Assembly (NCBI RefSeq): GCF_055900595.2
Contig: NZ_CM148325.1
Strand: one strand, 5' to 3'
Length of the DNA stretch: 64,000 nt
Below the pieces are notes generated by a model. That model was not told where the DNA came from and did no database searches. It saw nothing but the letters and a program-made list of their open reading frames with translations. The translations under genes were made by a program, and so were the position numbers. Position 1 is the first letter of the stretch. Every line of letters begins with the position of its first letter. Of the stretch, positions 1 to 6,551 are shown piece after piece.

Positions 1-241
1 CGGCGGTGGTTAACTCACCGCTTAAACAGAGCAGTAACACCTGTTCGCCTGTTGATGGCCGCCACCACGTCCGGGCATCACCGGCGCGTAGCGTCAGCCA
101 CGGTATCCAGTTGGTGGTCAGTTCACCAGTGTGAATGCGTACTCGATCGCCCTTCACCTCTTCAACGGTGCCGGTACGGATCAGGTTTTCAATGCGCCGG
201 TGCAGCTCGGCGAGGTTGGCTGGGTGGTTTGCGTCGCTCAT
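1..241 (-). CDS. Baseplate assembly protein V (gpV-like), N-terminal part; 3' end outside window
   Basis: Reverse-strand translation from ATG at 241: MSDANHPANLAELHRRIENLIRTGTVEEVKGDRVRIHTGELTTNWIPWLTLRAGDARTWWRPSTGEQVLLL, which resembles the P2 gpV N-terminus as recalled (IRTG, TWW-PS-GEQVL). Confidence 0.7.
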   Translation of the reverse strand, partial: MSDANHPANLAELHRRIENLIRTGTVEEVKGDRVRIHTGELTTNWIPWLTLRAGDARTWWRPSTGEQVLLLCLSGELTTA

Positions 242-305
242 GCCGGAATCATTGGGATTCGCGGGCGAAGAGGGAAGGGCTAAGGCTTGTAGGATAATGG
301 GCTAC

Positions 306-333
306 AAGTAAAACGCCCCTGAGTAGGGGCGTT
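306..333 (-). terminator. Hairpin plus T-tract downstream of hicB
   Basis: Stem aacgcccct/aggggcgtt with a 4-nt loop, followed on the - strand by TTTTAC. Confidence 0.45.
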
Positions 334-347
334 GAACGAAAAAGAGC

Positions 348-683
348 TTAACCGTGCGCAGCCTTCATCAGTGTATCGTTAATCCACTGGTTAACGCTTT
401 TACCGGAGACTTCTGCCGCAACGTTAATGGCAGAGTGAATTTCAGGTGGAATACGCAGGCTGATTTTTCCGCTGGCCGGACGCAACGGCTCCCGGCCCCG
501 TTCCTCGCAGTAAGCCAGATAGTCGTCTACCGCCTCTTCAAACGCTTTACGCAGATCGGCAACATTATCGGCATGAAAGCCAATGACATCCCGAATGCCT
601 GCAACGTGACCAACAATGCATTGATCTTCATCGCTGTATTCAATTTTTGCGGCATAGCCTCTATATGTCATGGTATTCATCAT
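348..683 (-). CDS. hicB: HicB-family antitoxin (RNase H-like fold plus C-terminal RHH)
   Basis: 111 aa. C-terminal ribbon-helix-helix-like segment ISLRIPPEIHSAINVAAEVSGKSVNQWINDTLMKA. 4-nt ATGA overlap with the upstream hicA. Confidence 0.75.
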   Translation of the reverse strand: MMNTMTYRGYAAKIEYSDEDQCIVGHVAGIRDVIGFHADNVADLRKAFEEAVDDYLAYCEERGREPLRPASGKISLRIPPEIHSAINVAAEVSGKSVNQWINDTLMKAAHG

Positions 684-943
684 GGTGTTACCCCTACAGC
701 TTCAAGGAATGTTCTGGCATCGCGAACCTGATAGGCTTTCGCTTCTTTTTCCGGGTGTGGACGATGAAATGAAGCCACAACCTGATTAATTTCAAACCTG
801 ACGCGGGAACCGTTTCCTTCCGTAGCAATAGCCCCCAAAGCAATAAATAAGGCTTCTATTTTTCGCCATTCCAGCGTGACAGGTGTTGGCGTAGAAAAAA
901 CAGCTTGTAAGGTTTTTTTATGTTTGGCGCTTAACGTATTCAT
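680..943 (-). CDS. hicA: HicA-family mRNA interferase toxin
   Basis: 87 aa. Pattern GNGSRVRF...HRPHPEKE...VR..RTFLEAVGV fits the HicA signature (GSH-x-F, HxP, KE, lysine/arginine-rich C-terminus). Immediately upstream of hicB. Confidence 0.7.
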   Translation of the reverse strand: MNTLSAKHKKTLQAVFSTPTPVTLEWRKIEALFIALGAIATEGNGSRVRFEINQVVASFHRPHPEKEAKAYQVRDARTFLEAVGVTP

Positions 944-992
944 ACAGGGTATTTTCCATAAGTTATTTTATTCTTCCGCCAAGATATAATGA

Positions 993-1013
993 TGATATCA
1001 TTTTTTGATATCA
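993..1013. promoter_or_regulatory. Putative hicAB operator: two copies of the palindrome TGATATCA
   Basis: TGATATCA at 993-1000 and 1006-1013, in the AT-rich region just upstream of the hicA start and downstream of the S stop. Confidence 0.45.
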
Positions 1014-1015
1014 TT

Positions 1016-1462
1016 TCAAGTCAGGAAGTGAACGATTAGCGCCTCTATCTTTCGCACATCCTCCGCCGAAACCCCCAGCAACTGCCTTTGTGCGTAATCC
1101 ACCTCCAACCCGTAGCGATTTACCCGATCGCGCAGGCCATACTGATGAACGGCGGCCATATGTCGAACGCTGCTGAGAAACGAAATGGTTACACCCTGCC
1201 CATCGCCTTTTCCTTTCATATAGCGTGCGGTACGCAGCTTACGGAACATCTGGCGGCGGATCTTTCCTTTTTTACTGCGTAGCTGGGGCTTACGGGGGGC
1301 GAACGATGAGCCGTCCGGGTTTTTCTGCGCGGCTATCCGCTGGCTTTGTGACTGGCGCAGGCTGCGGGCGATTTCCCGCGCCAGTTGGGTTCGGCTTGCC
1401 GGGGAGAGCTTTACGAGCAGGCCATCGGCCCAGCGGTGGAGTTGTTGCAGGTCTTCGCTCAT
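1016..1462 (-). CDS. Tail completion / virion morphogenesis protein (gpS-like)
   Basis: 148 aa, about the size of P2 gpS, in the expected position after R. Confidence 0.7.
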   Translation of the reverse strand: MSEDLQQLHRWADGLLVKLSPASRTQLAREIARSLRQSQSQRIAAQKNPDGSSFAPRKPQLRSKKGKIRRQMFRKLRTARYMKGKGDGQGVTISFLSSVRHMAAVHQYGLRDRVNRYGLEVDYAQRQLLGVSAEDVRKIEALIVHFLT

Positions 1463-1920
1463 CAGGTGCTCACAATCGTTTCACCGCGACAGGCGATTTC
1501 CCAGCCGTTGTAACCGCTTTCTGGCTGCTGGTCGTTACAGTGCTTTGCTTCCAGACCACCGTCGCGCTGGCGAACAATGACGCGCTCGGTCAGCGCCAGT
1601 TTGATGCTGATATCGTAGCTTTGATGGTCGATGGCTTCGGCCTCAAACTGAAACGCCTGCTCGCGCAGGTCGCTATTGGCGAAGGCTTCCTGCTGGTGAA
1701 GCGACATCCAGCCGACCAGTAGCACCATCAGCGTATCGGGATCGGCGGCGTAGTCGGTGATCAACAGTTCCAGCGTGTACTGGTATTCAAAACTGGTGCT
1801 GCGCCCTGCGGTGGCGACGATCCGGCCCTTATTGATAAAGATCCGCAGCGCGTCCGGGTTCTGCTGTAGATGCGGGACGCTGGCGGCCAGCAGTTCACGG
1901 ATGAGCTGCGCTTTGTGCAT
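1462..1920 (-). CDS. Tail completion protein (gpR-like)
   Basis: 152 aa, in the expected position between the lysis genes and S; start/stop overlap with S. Confidence 0.7.
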   Translation of the reverse strand: MHKAQLIRELLAASVPHLQQNPDALRIFINKGRIVATAGRSTSFEYQYTLELLITDYAADPDTLMVLLVGWMSLHQQEAFANSDLREQAFQFEAEAIDHQSYDISIKLALTERVIVRQRDGGLEAKHCNDQQPESGYNGWEIACRGETIVST

Positions 1921-2170
1921 CGATACGCTCCTGACAGCTAATCGTCATATCCACCTGCGCAGCGCACTGGTGCCACGCGTTTTCAGTGTCCAGCAGTGCG
2001 CGGCTTAAATCTTCATTACTCTGCGGTTGCAGCGCCGGAAGCTGGCAGGGCCTCAGTTTCGGGCAATTGACGGTAAGCCGCACTGCCGGTAATGGTGGTG
2101 TGCTGGTGCAGGCGGATAATATCAGCGGGCAAAGCAGTATCAGCCCATTCACGAAGCTGTTGATTTTCAC
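1895..2170 (-). CDS. o-spanin (Rz1/LysC-like outer-membrane lipoprotein), starting inside the i-spanin gene in another frame
   Basis: 91 aa with signal peptide and lipobox (LILLCPLILSAC-TS). Starts within the 2016-2465 ORF and runs past its end into R. Confidence 0.6.
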   Translation of the reverse strand: MKINSFVNGLILLCPLILSACTSTPPLPAVRLTVNCPKLRPCQLPALQPQSNEDLSRALLDTENAWHQCAAQVDMTISCQERIDAQSAAHP

Positions 2171-2465
2171 GTTTCAGTTTCTCCAGTTGCTGATTGCGCT
2201 GCCGTAGCTGGTCATGGGCGGCGGCGGTTTGCTGTTGCAGCGTCAGGTATGCCTGCTGGTCGGCGTCGGCCTGTTGCTGGAGTTCGTCCAGTTCCCGCAC
2301 TTTTGTCATCAGGGATTCGGTCAGGCTGGCAATCTGAGTGTCGGCCAGCCTGATGTGCTGCTGCTGTTCAATAAGCTGTTCCTGCTGCGTCATACGCTGC
2401 CAGTTAGTCCAGAGCAGCATCACACCGAGCAACAGCAGCGGCGCGGCTTTCATCCAGCCCATCAT
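2016..2465 (-). CDS. i-spanin (Rz/LysB-like)
   Basis: 149 aa. N-terminal TM segment, then a Q/E-rich coiled-coil-like region. Overlaps the endolysin stop. Confidence 0.65.
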   Translation of the reverse strand: MMGWMKAAPLLLLGVMLLWTNWQRMTQQEQLIEQQQHIRLADTQIASLTESLMTKVRELDELQQQADADQQAYLTLQQQTAAAHDQLRQRNQQLEKLKRENQQLREWADTALPADIIRLHQHTTITGSAAYRQLPETEALPASGAATAE

Positions 2466-3052
2466 GCTGCCGCCTTACTGAATTTTTCGAAGGCGACCGC
2501 CAGCTTAGTATCGTACTGGTTGCGTTTGTACTGTGGCCCGTTGTAGCGGCGGGCGAACTCTGGCCAGTTCTGTACCTTCATCGCGTCGTGGATCTTCGAA
2601 TTGGCCTCAACAAAGCGCACGAAGGTATCAAGCTGCATCTGCTCGCTGTCGTTCATCTGTTTTTCAAAGTCGGCAGCAGAGGTGTAGCCCAGCGTTTTCC
2701 AGTGAAAGCCCATAATCTGGAACAGTCCCCAGCTTGCGCTCTCAATGGCGGCGGCGCTGTGGATCTGTTTCGCCAGATTCAGACGGTAGTGCTCACGGCT
2801 TCCGCCCTGATAGCCGCCTGCGCTCTTGTTCACCAGATCCGGGTAATTCTGCGCCAGCCGGTCGGCGTCCAGTCCGTGGCTTTTTAACTGGCGGTACATG
2901 ACGTGGCGTTCAAACAGAATAGCTGGGCGGCCATCGGGCAAGAAGCCGTGAGATCGGGCTTCAACCTCCTGCACTGCCTGTAATGTCGCCAGCGGGATGC
3001 CCAGATACAGCGCGGCGGCCTGCTGCTGATCATGAGTGAGTGTACGAGTCAT
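2462..3052 (-). CDS. Endolysin, N-acetylmuramidase family (DUF3380-type)
   Basis: 196 aa containing the GLFQIMGFHW motif typical of this muramidase family. Lies in the lysis cassette. Confidence 0.7.
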   Translation of the reverse strand: MTRTLTHDQQQAAALYLGIPLATLQAVQEVEARSHGFLPDGRPAILFERHVMYRQLKSHGLDADRLAQNYPDLVNKSAGGYQGGSREHYRLNLAKQIHSAAAIESASWGLFQIMGFHWKTLGYTSAADFEKQMNDSEQMQLDTFVRFVEANSKIHDAMKVQNWPEFARRYNGPQYKRNQYDTKLAVAFEKFSKAAA

Positions 3053-3344
3053 GGCGTGGCTCCTTCGGGTGGTGACGTAAGGGTTTAATCAGGCTGGCGA
3101 CGTTGCCGCGTGCGGCAGTCAGGCAAATCAGCAGCACGATGTTGATGGCGGTTTCGGCGATAAACACGTAGCGGTACAGGCTGAAACAAATCAGTACCGC
3201 CACTGATGCGGTGCAGCACATCAGCAGCCACGCCAGCCAGCTATACAGCGGGCGATAGGTAGTACCGTGAACGCGGCGATAGAGGAACAGACGGATGGTA
3301 ATCAGCAGGCAAATAATGGCGTTAAGGCTCAGGATTAGTTTCAT
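3030..3344 (-). CDS. Small membrane protein of the lysis cassette (holin/antiholin-like)
   Basis: 104 aa, strongly hydrophobic with about 3 predicted TM segments. ATGA overlap with the upstream holin-like gene. Confidence 0.5.
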   Translation of the reverse strand: MKLILSLNAIICLLITIRLFLYRRVHGTTYRPLYSWLAWLLMCCTASVAVLICFSLYRYVFIAETAINIVLLICLTAARGNVASLIKPLRHHPKEPRHDSYTHS

Positions 3345-3718
3345 TTGCGTCCCCTTAAAAAGTCGAGCAGTTGACCGGGGTTATCCAGTTGTCGGATGGC
3401 CCATAGCAGCGCCTTGACGGTAAGCGCCGATGAGAGCAGCGCCCCGATACCGGGGGAGACTTTTTCCGTCAGATGTTGCGGCAGATATCCGGCGACCAGT
3501 GCAGTGAACAGGTCGGCGGTCAGCAGGCCGATCACAAACGCCACGCAGAAGAAAATGATGCGCAGGAACAGGCCGATCTCTTTTTGCGAAATCACCAGCA
3601 GCAGCGCGCCACACAATGCGCCGAGCACCACCGGAGCCTGTAGCGTCGGGAACAGCGTGGCAATGGAGAATGCGCTTACGGAAGCGGCGACGACGGTGCC
3701 GGTTACGGGTTCGTTCAT
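3341..3718 (-). CDS. Holin-like membrane protein
   Basis: About 125 aa taking the ATG at 3718 (MNEPVTG...); the track's longer form needs a GTG start. Multiple TM helices. Located directly after X. Confidence 0.55.
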   Translation of the reverse strand: MNEPVTGTVVAASVSAFSIATLFPTLQAPVVLGALCGALLLVISQKEIGLFLRIIFFCVAFVIGLLTADLFTALVAGYLPQHLTEKVSPGIGALLSSALTVKALLWAIRQLDNPGQLLDFLRGRK

Positions 3719-3720
3719 AG

Positions 3721-3924
3721 TCAGTCCCACAGGTTGATTCGTTGACGTTCGGCGGCGGGAGCCTGTTCAGGTACGTTCACCGCCGTACCGTGCGGCAGGC
3801 GCAGCGGCAGTTCGCATAGGCGCGGGTTGTCGCGGTAAAGCCGTTCGACAATCCCGGCAGTGCGCCCGAAGGTGCGCCAGCAGAGCTGGTCGAGCGTTTC
3901 GTTTTGCAGGCTATAGACAATCAT
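3721..3924 (-). CDS. Tail protein X (gpX-like)
   Basis: 67 aa, the same length as P2 gpX. Sequence MIVYSLQNETLDQLCWRTFGRT.... Confidence 0.7.
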   Translation of the reverse strand: MIVYSLQNETLDQLCWRTFGRTAGIVERLYRDNPRLCELPLRLPHGTAVNVPEQAPAAERQRINLWD

Positions 3925-4038
3925 GGTGTTTCCCGCGCGGCGTCAGGTGATGCGGGGATGGTGGCACAGGGGCGGGAAGTGAAGGGAAGGCTTCCGCTTG
4001 TAACTGAGGACAGTACAAGCGGAAGCGATTGGCGAGGG

Positions 4039-4359
4039 CTATGCCTCGTCGCTGTCGGTATTGATGATTTTCAGTTCAGCGGACTTCTGGAGCTGGATCA
4101 GCGCCGGGATCAGAAGCGCGGTAGCCGACAGGCCGTGCCCTAACTGGCACAGGCTTTCAGCGGAGAATTCCAGCACGTTGCTGTCGGCAAAGGAGACGAA
4201 GGTTTTACCCAGAAAATGCAGGCCGTGACATAGCCCGGCATAGCACTCTTCGCTGCTGTTGGCCAGTTGCAGAGTATCGTCGGCGTTCAGGTGTGAAATA
4301 TCCAGCTTGCGGATCGCGTCCGCCAGTTCAGAGGACAGAATATTGGTTTCAGGCACCAT
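4039..4359 (-). CDS. Hypothetical protein, 106 aa, acidic C-terminus
   Basis: Strong SD (GGAGGT, 5-nt spacer) before the ATG at 4359. No family recognised by eye. Last of three small genes in the L-X island. Confidence 0.55.
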   Translation of the reverse strand: MVPETNILSSELADAIRKLDISHLNADDTLQLANSSEECYAGLCHGLHFLGKTFVSFADSNVLEFSAESLCQLGHGLSATALLIPALIQLQKSAELKIINTDSDEA

Positions 4360-4525
4360 GGCGCACCTCCAGCGGTTTGCAGGAGACGAACACCAGCGGG
4401 AAACCCGCCAGCAGGCCGCGAGCCTCTGTCTCTGTTGTCGCCAGTACGGATACCAGACGCAGTGGCTGGATCTCGCGCAGCAGGCGGTTGGAACGGGCGT
4501 TCAGGAAGGTGTAGAGCTTAGGCAT
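4352..4525 (-). CDS. Hypothetical small protein, 57 aa (not in ORF track because <60 aa)
   Basis: Hand translation: MPKLYTFLNARSNRLLREIQPLRLVSVLATTETEARGLLAGFPLVFVSCKPLEVRHGA. SD GGAGGT 4 nt before the ATG at 4525. Overlaps both neighbours by 8 nt. Confidence 0.5.
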
Positions 4526-4694
4526 GGTTCACCTCCTCTACCGGGGTGCTACGTGGGGGATTGAACGACTGAGCGATAACGCTCAGTGCCTGCTTACCTT
4601 CGGGATGCGCAAGACGGTAGTAAGTTAACAGGACTTGCTCCTGTGGGCTGAGATCGTCCCACGTGAGAGTTGTGTTACTATTAGCGGTAGCCAT
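4518..4694 (-). CDS. Hypothetical small protein, 58 aa
   Basis: ATG at 4694 preceded by GAGGT (MATANSNTTLTWDDLSPQEQVLLTYYRLAHPEGK...). The track's longer form starts at 4757 without a good SD. Confidence 0.5.
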   Translation of the reverse strand: MATANSNTTLTWDDLSPQEQVLLTYYRLAHPEGKQALSVIAQSFNPPRSTPVEEVNHA

Positions 4695-4836
4695 AGCATT
4701 ACCTCGATTAATGTTGTGGTTAGATGCCTTGGCAGTGTTCGCGCACTGTCGGGGCATTGTTATTTATGTCATGTGATAGTAATGTGTCATCACACAGTAC
4801 TACATTAACCTGAGTGTGATTTAGGTGTCAATACAC
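4695..4836. promoter_or_regulatory. AT-rich divergent promoter/operator region between the two island operons
   Basis: Inverted repeat TGTGAT...ATCACA (tgtcatgtgatagtaatgtgtcatcacacag) and further GTGTGA copies between the start codons at 4694 (-) and 4837 (+). Confidence 0.45.
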
Positions 4837-5004
4837 ATGAATGAAAGAAGAGGAAATCCTCCGTTTCAGTTTCGACTCGATCCTGAACTGAGAAACGCGA
4901 TGGAAGAAGCTAAAAAGCAAGATGGTGATGAATCACTGGCTGCGTGGATTAAGCGAATTATCAGAAAAGAGCTTCAGTCACGGGGTATAGAACCAAAAGA
5001 TTAG
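4837..5004 (+). CDS. Arc/MetJ-type ribbon-helix-helix DNA-binding protein, 55 aa
   Basis: Hand translation: MNERRGNPPFQFRLDPELRNAMEEAKKQDGDESLAAWIKRIIRKELQSRGIEPKD, matching the RHH pattern F-x-L-R-L-x-x-E-L...SLN/A.I..RL. First gene of the + operon. Confidence 0.55.
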   Translation: MNERRGNPPFQFRLDPELRNAMEEAKKQDGDESLAAWIKRIIRKELQSRGIEPKD

Positions 5005-5050
5005 CAGATAGGTATATACTTTGAATAAAGAGTATTAGAGGTAAAAAATA

Positions 5051-5239
5051 ATGGCGAAGAATAGCAGTCCTGCCAGCCGATACGGTATCAAGGTCGTAAA
5101 AAGAGACAGTATGAGCGGGCAGTTTGTACCCGTCGAAATGAAGCTGGACGGCCCGGAAGGTGAGCGTGTGATTAAAAAGTCGGCAGAGCGTATTTATGCC
5201 AGACACAACAAAGTCATTAAGGCGCTGGCTAACCGATGA
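5051..5239 (+). CDS. Putative antitoxin partner of the Doc toxin (family not recognised; not Phd/YefM-like)
   Basis: 62 aa. SD AGAGGT upstream. Stop overlaps the Doc start (ATGA at 5236-5239), a typical toxin-antitoxin coupling. Confidence 0.5.
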   Translation: MAKNSSPASRYGIKVVKRDSMSGQFVPVEMKLDGPEGERVIKKSAERIYARHNKVIKALANR

Positions 5240-5613
5240 TTGATGCACATTTGGTGATTGGAATTCACGACTTTATTCTTGCTCATGAGCCGGGATTGGT
5301 TGGTTATCAGGATGCTGGCCGGGTCGAGGCAACACTGGCACGGGTGGATAACCGTATTCTGTATGAGCAGATGAATGATATTTTCCAGATCGCCGCATCT
5401 TATGCGGTTGCCATCGCCAGAGGGCACGTTTTTGCTGATGCCAACAAGCGAACGGCACTGGTGACGGCGTTGACATACCTTGATATGCAGGGTGTGAACC
5501 TCAAGCGAACACAAAAGCTGGAAGATATTATGGTGGATGTGGCTGAGGGAACGCTAAATCTGGATGATTTAGCCGATATTTTCTATACCCTTAGTGATGT
5601 AAATGCTTCCTGA
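5236..5613 (+). CDS. doc: Doc (death-on-curing) family toxin, Fic fold
   Basis: 125 aa. Conserved Doc motif HVFADANKRTA (HxFx[DN][AG]NKR). Size and layout parallel P1 Doc. Confidence 0.8.
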   Translation: MIDAHLVIGIHDFILAHEPGLVGYQDAGRVEATLARVDNRILYEQMNDIFQIAASYAVAIARGHVFADANKRTALVTALTYLDMQGVNLKRTQKLEDIMVDVAEGTLNLDDLADIFYTLSDVNAS

Positions 5614-5618
5614 CGTTA

Positions 5619-5643
5619 CAGCCCGACAGATCGGGCTGTTTTT
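5619..5643. terminator. Bidirectional hairpin terminator between the convergent Doc gene and the 78-aa gene
   Basis: cagcccga-caga-tcgggctg followed by TTTTT on + strand; A-run on the other side. Confidence 0.6.
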
Positions 5644-5645
5644 AA

Positions 5646-5882
5646 TTATGCCGCCTCAATACCCGCGTTGGTTAACATATAGTGGCCCCAGTGGTTTTTT
5701 TTCAGGTAACCGGCCAGTTCCATCTGCGTCACAATAAATTCAGCGTTAACCATTTCTATACCTGCGTAGTCGGCCAGATCGCGCAGCGGCCATGTGCTGC
5801 GAACGCCGACGCTAACTATGGTGTCTCTGATGCGGCGAGCGGTATCGGTCATTGGGCGGGTTCTGGCTGCCTGAATAGTCAT
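5646..5882 (-). CDS. Hypothetical protein, 78 aa, possible winged-helix DNA-binding protein
   Basis: ATG at 5882 with SD AGGGGA. Sequence ...LRDLADYAGIEMVNAEFIVTQMELAGYLKK... Lies directly after L on the late strand. Confidence 0.45.
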   Translation of the reverse strand: MTIQAARTRPMTDTARRIRDTIVSVGVRSTWPLRDLADYAGIEMVNAEFIVTQMELAGYLKKNHWGHYMLTNAGIEAA

Positions 5883-5998
5883 GGTATTTTCCCCTGTAGA
5901 TTCTTTCTGTTAGGTCAGACACTAACTCTGGTGGGGAAGGGGCATCCAGCGTTCAGATGAGGCGATACGGTGATGCGCATCGCATATCCGTACTCTTT

Positions 5999-6466
5999 TT
6001 ATACCAGAACAAACGTACTGCGCGGCTTGCCCAGAATATCCCGCACGGCGAAGCGGGCATCGCGCGCCAGATCGTCGGCGGTGCTTTCCTTCTGTTCCGC
6101 CAGTTTGCTGCCGTGGGCGGTGGCATCAAAGTTACGGTAGCGTTCCAGCAGGTTTGCGTGCGTCAGGCTGTACACCGCGTAGCGGTAGCGGTGCAGGTTA
6201 ACGCTTTCGCCGTCCAGCCGTTCGGTAGTAGTTTCCACAATGCCGGTTGTGCCACGGCTTTCCTGCTCCAGCCGCCATTCCCGCAGGTCGTCGTTCACGC
6301 TGGCCAGCGCAATCAGCAGCGCCTCGCGCAGCCGTTCGTTGGTGATGGTGCTGTCCAGCCGTTGGGTTGCACGCAGATGTTGCGTATCGATATTGGGAAA
6401 GAAAGGGTGGTTGCTGATAACCAGCCCCGGCAGACTGGCGGCGGGGGCAACCTGAATAAAGCTCAT
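5999..6466 (-). CDS. Head completion/stabilisation protein (gpL-like)
   Basis: 155 aa from the ATG at 6466 (MSFIQVAPAASLPG...) with SD GGAGA. Position after small terminase M. The track's longer form begins at an upstream alternative start. Confidence 0.7.
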   Translation of the reverse strand: MSFIQVAPAASLPGLVISNHPFFPNIDTQHLRATQRLDSTITNERLREALLIALASVNDDLREWRLEQESRGTTGIVETTTERLDGESVNLHRYRYAVYSLTHANLLERYRNFDATAHGSKLAEQKESTADDLARDARFAVRDILGKPRSTFVLV

Positions 6467-6551
6467 TATATTCTCCCTGTTCGGCGGTGGACGGCGGGCG
6501 TTGCAGTGGTAAAACCACGCGCGGCCAGCCGTGCCGCCGGTCGTGAGGGTC

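Noticed and set aside
52-297. 81-aa + strand ORF at the start of the window
   Set aside because: It is antisense to the gpV-like baseplate gene on the - strand, has no SD, and its translation is Arg/Trp/Cys-rich as expected of a spurious frame.
354-731. 125-aa + strand ORF
   Set aside because: It lies fully antisense to hicB and hicA, whose translations show recognisable family features; this one has no recognisable features.
1225-1722. 165-aa + strand ORF
   Set aside because: Antisense to the gpS- and gpR-like genes; GC-rich spurious frame.
6198-6518. 106-aa - strand ORF and 201-aa + strand ORF (5957-6562) around gene L
   Set aside because: They overlap the head-completion gene L in alternative frames or strands. 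L has a proper SD and a recognisable product.
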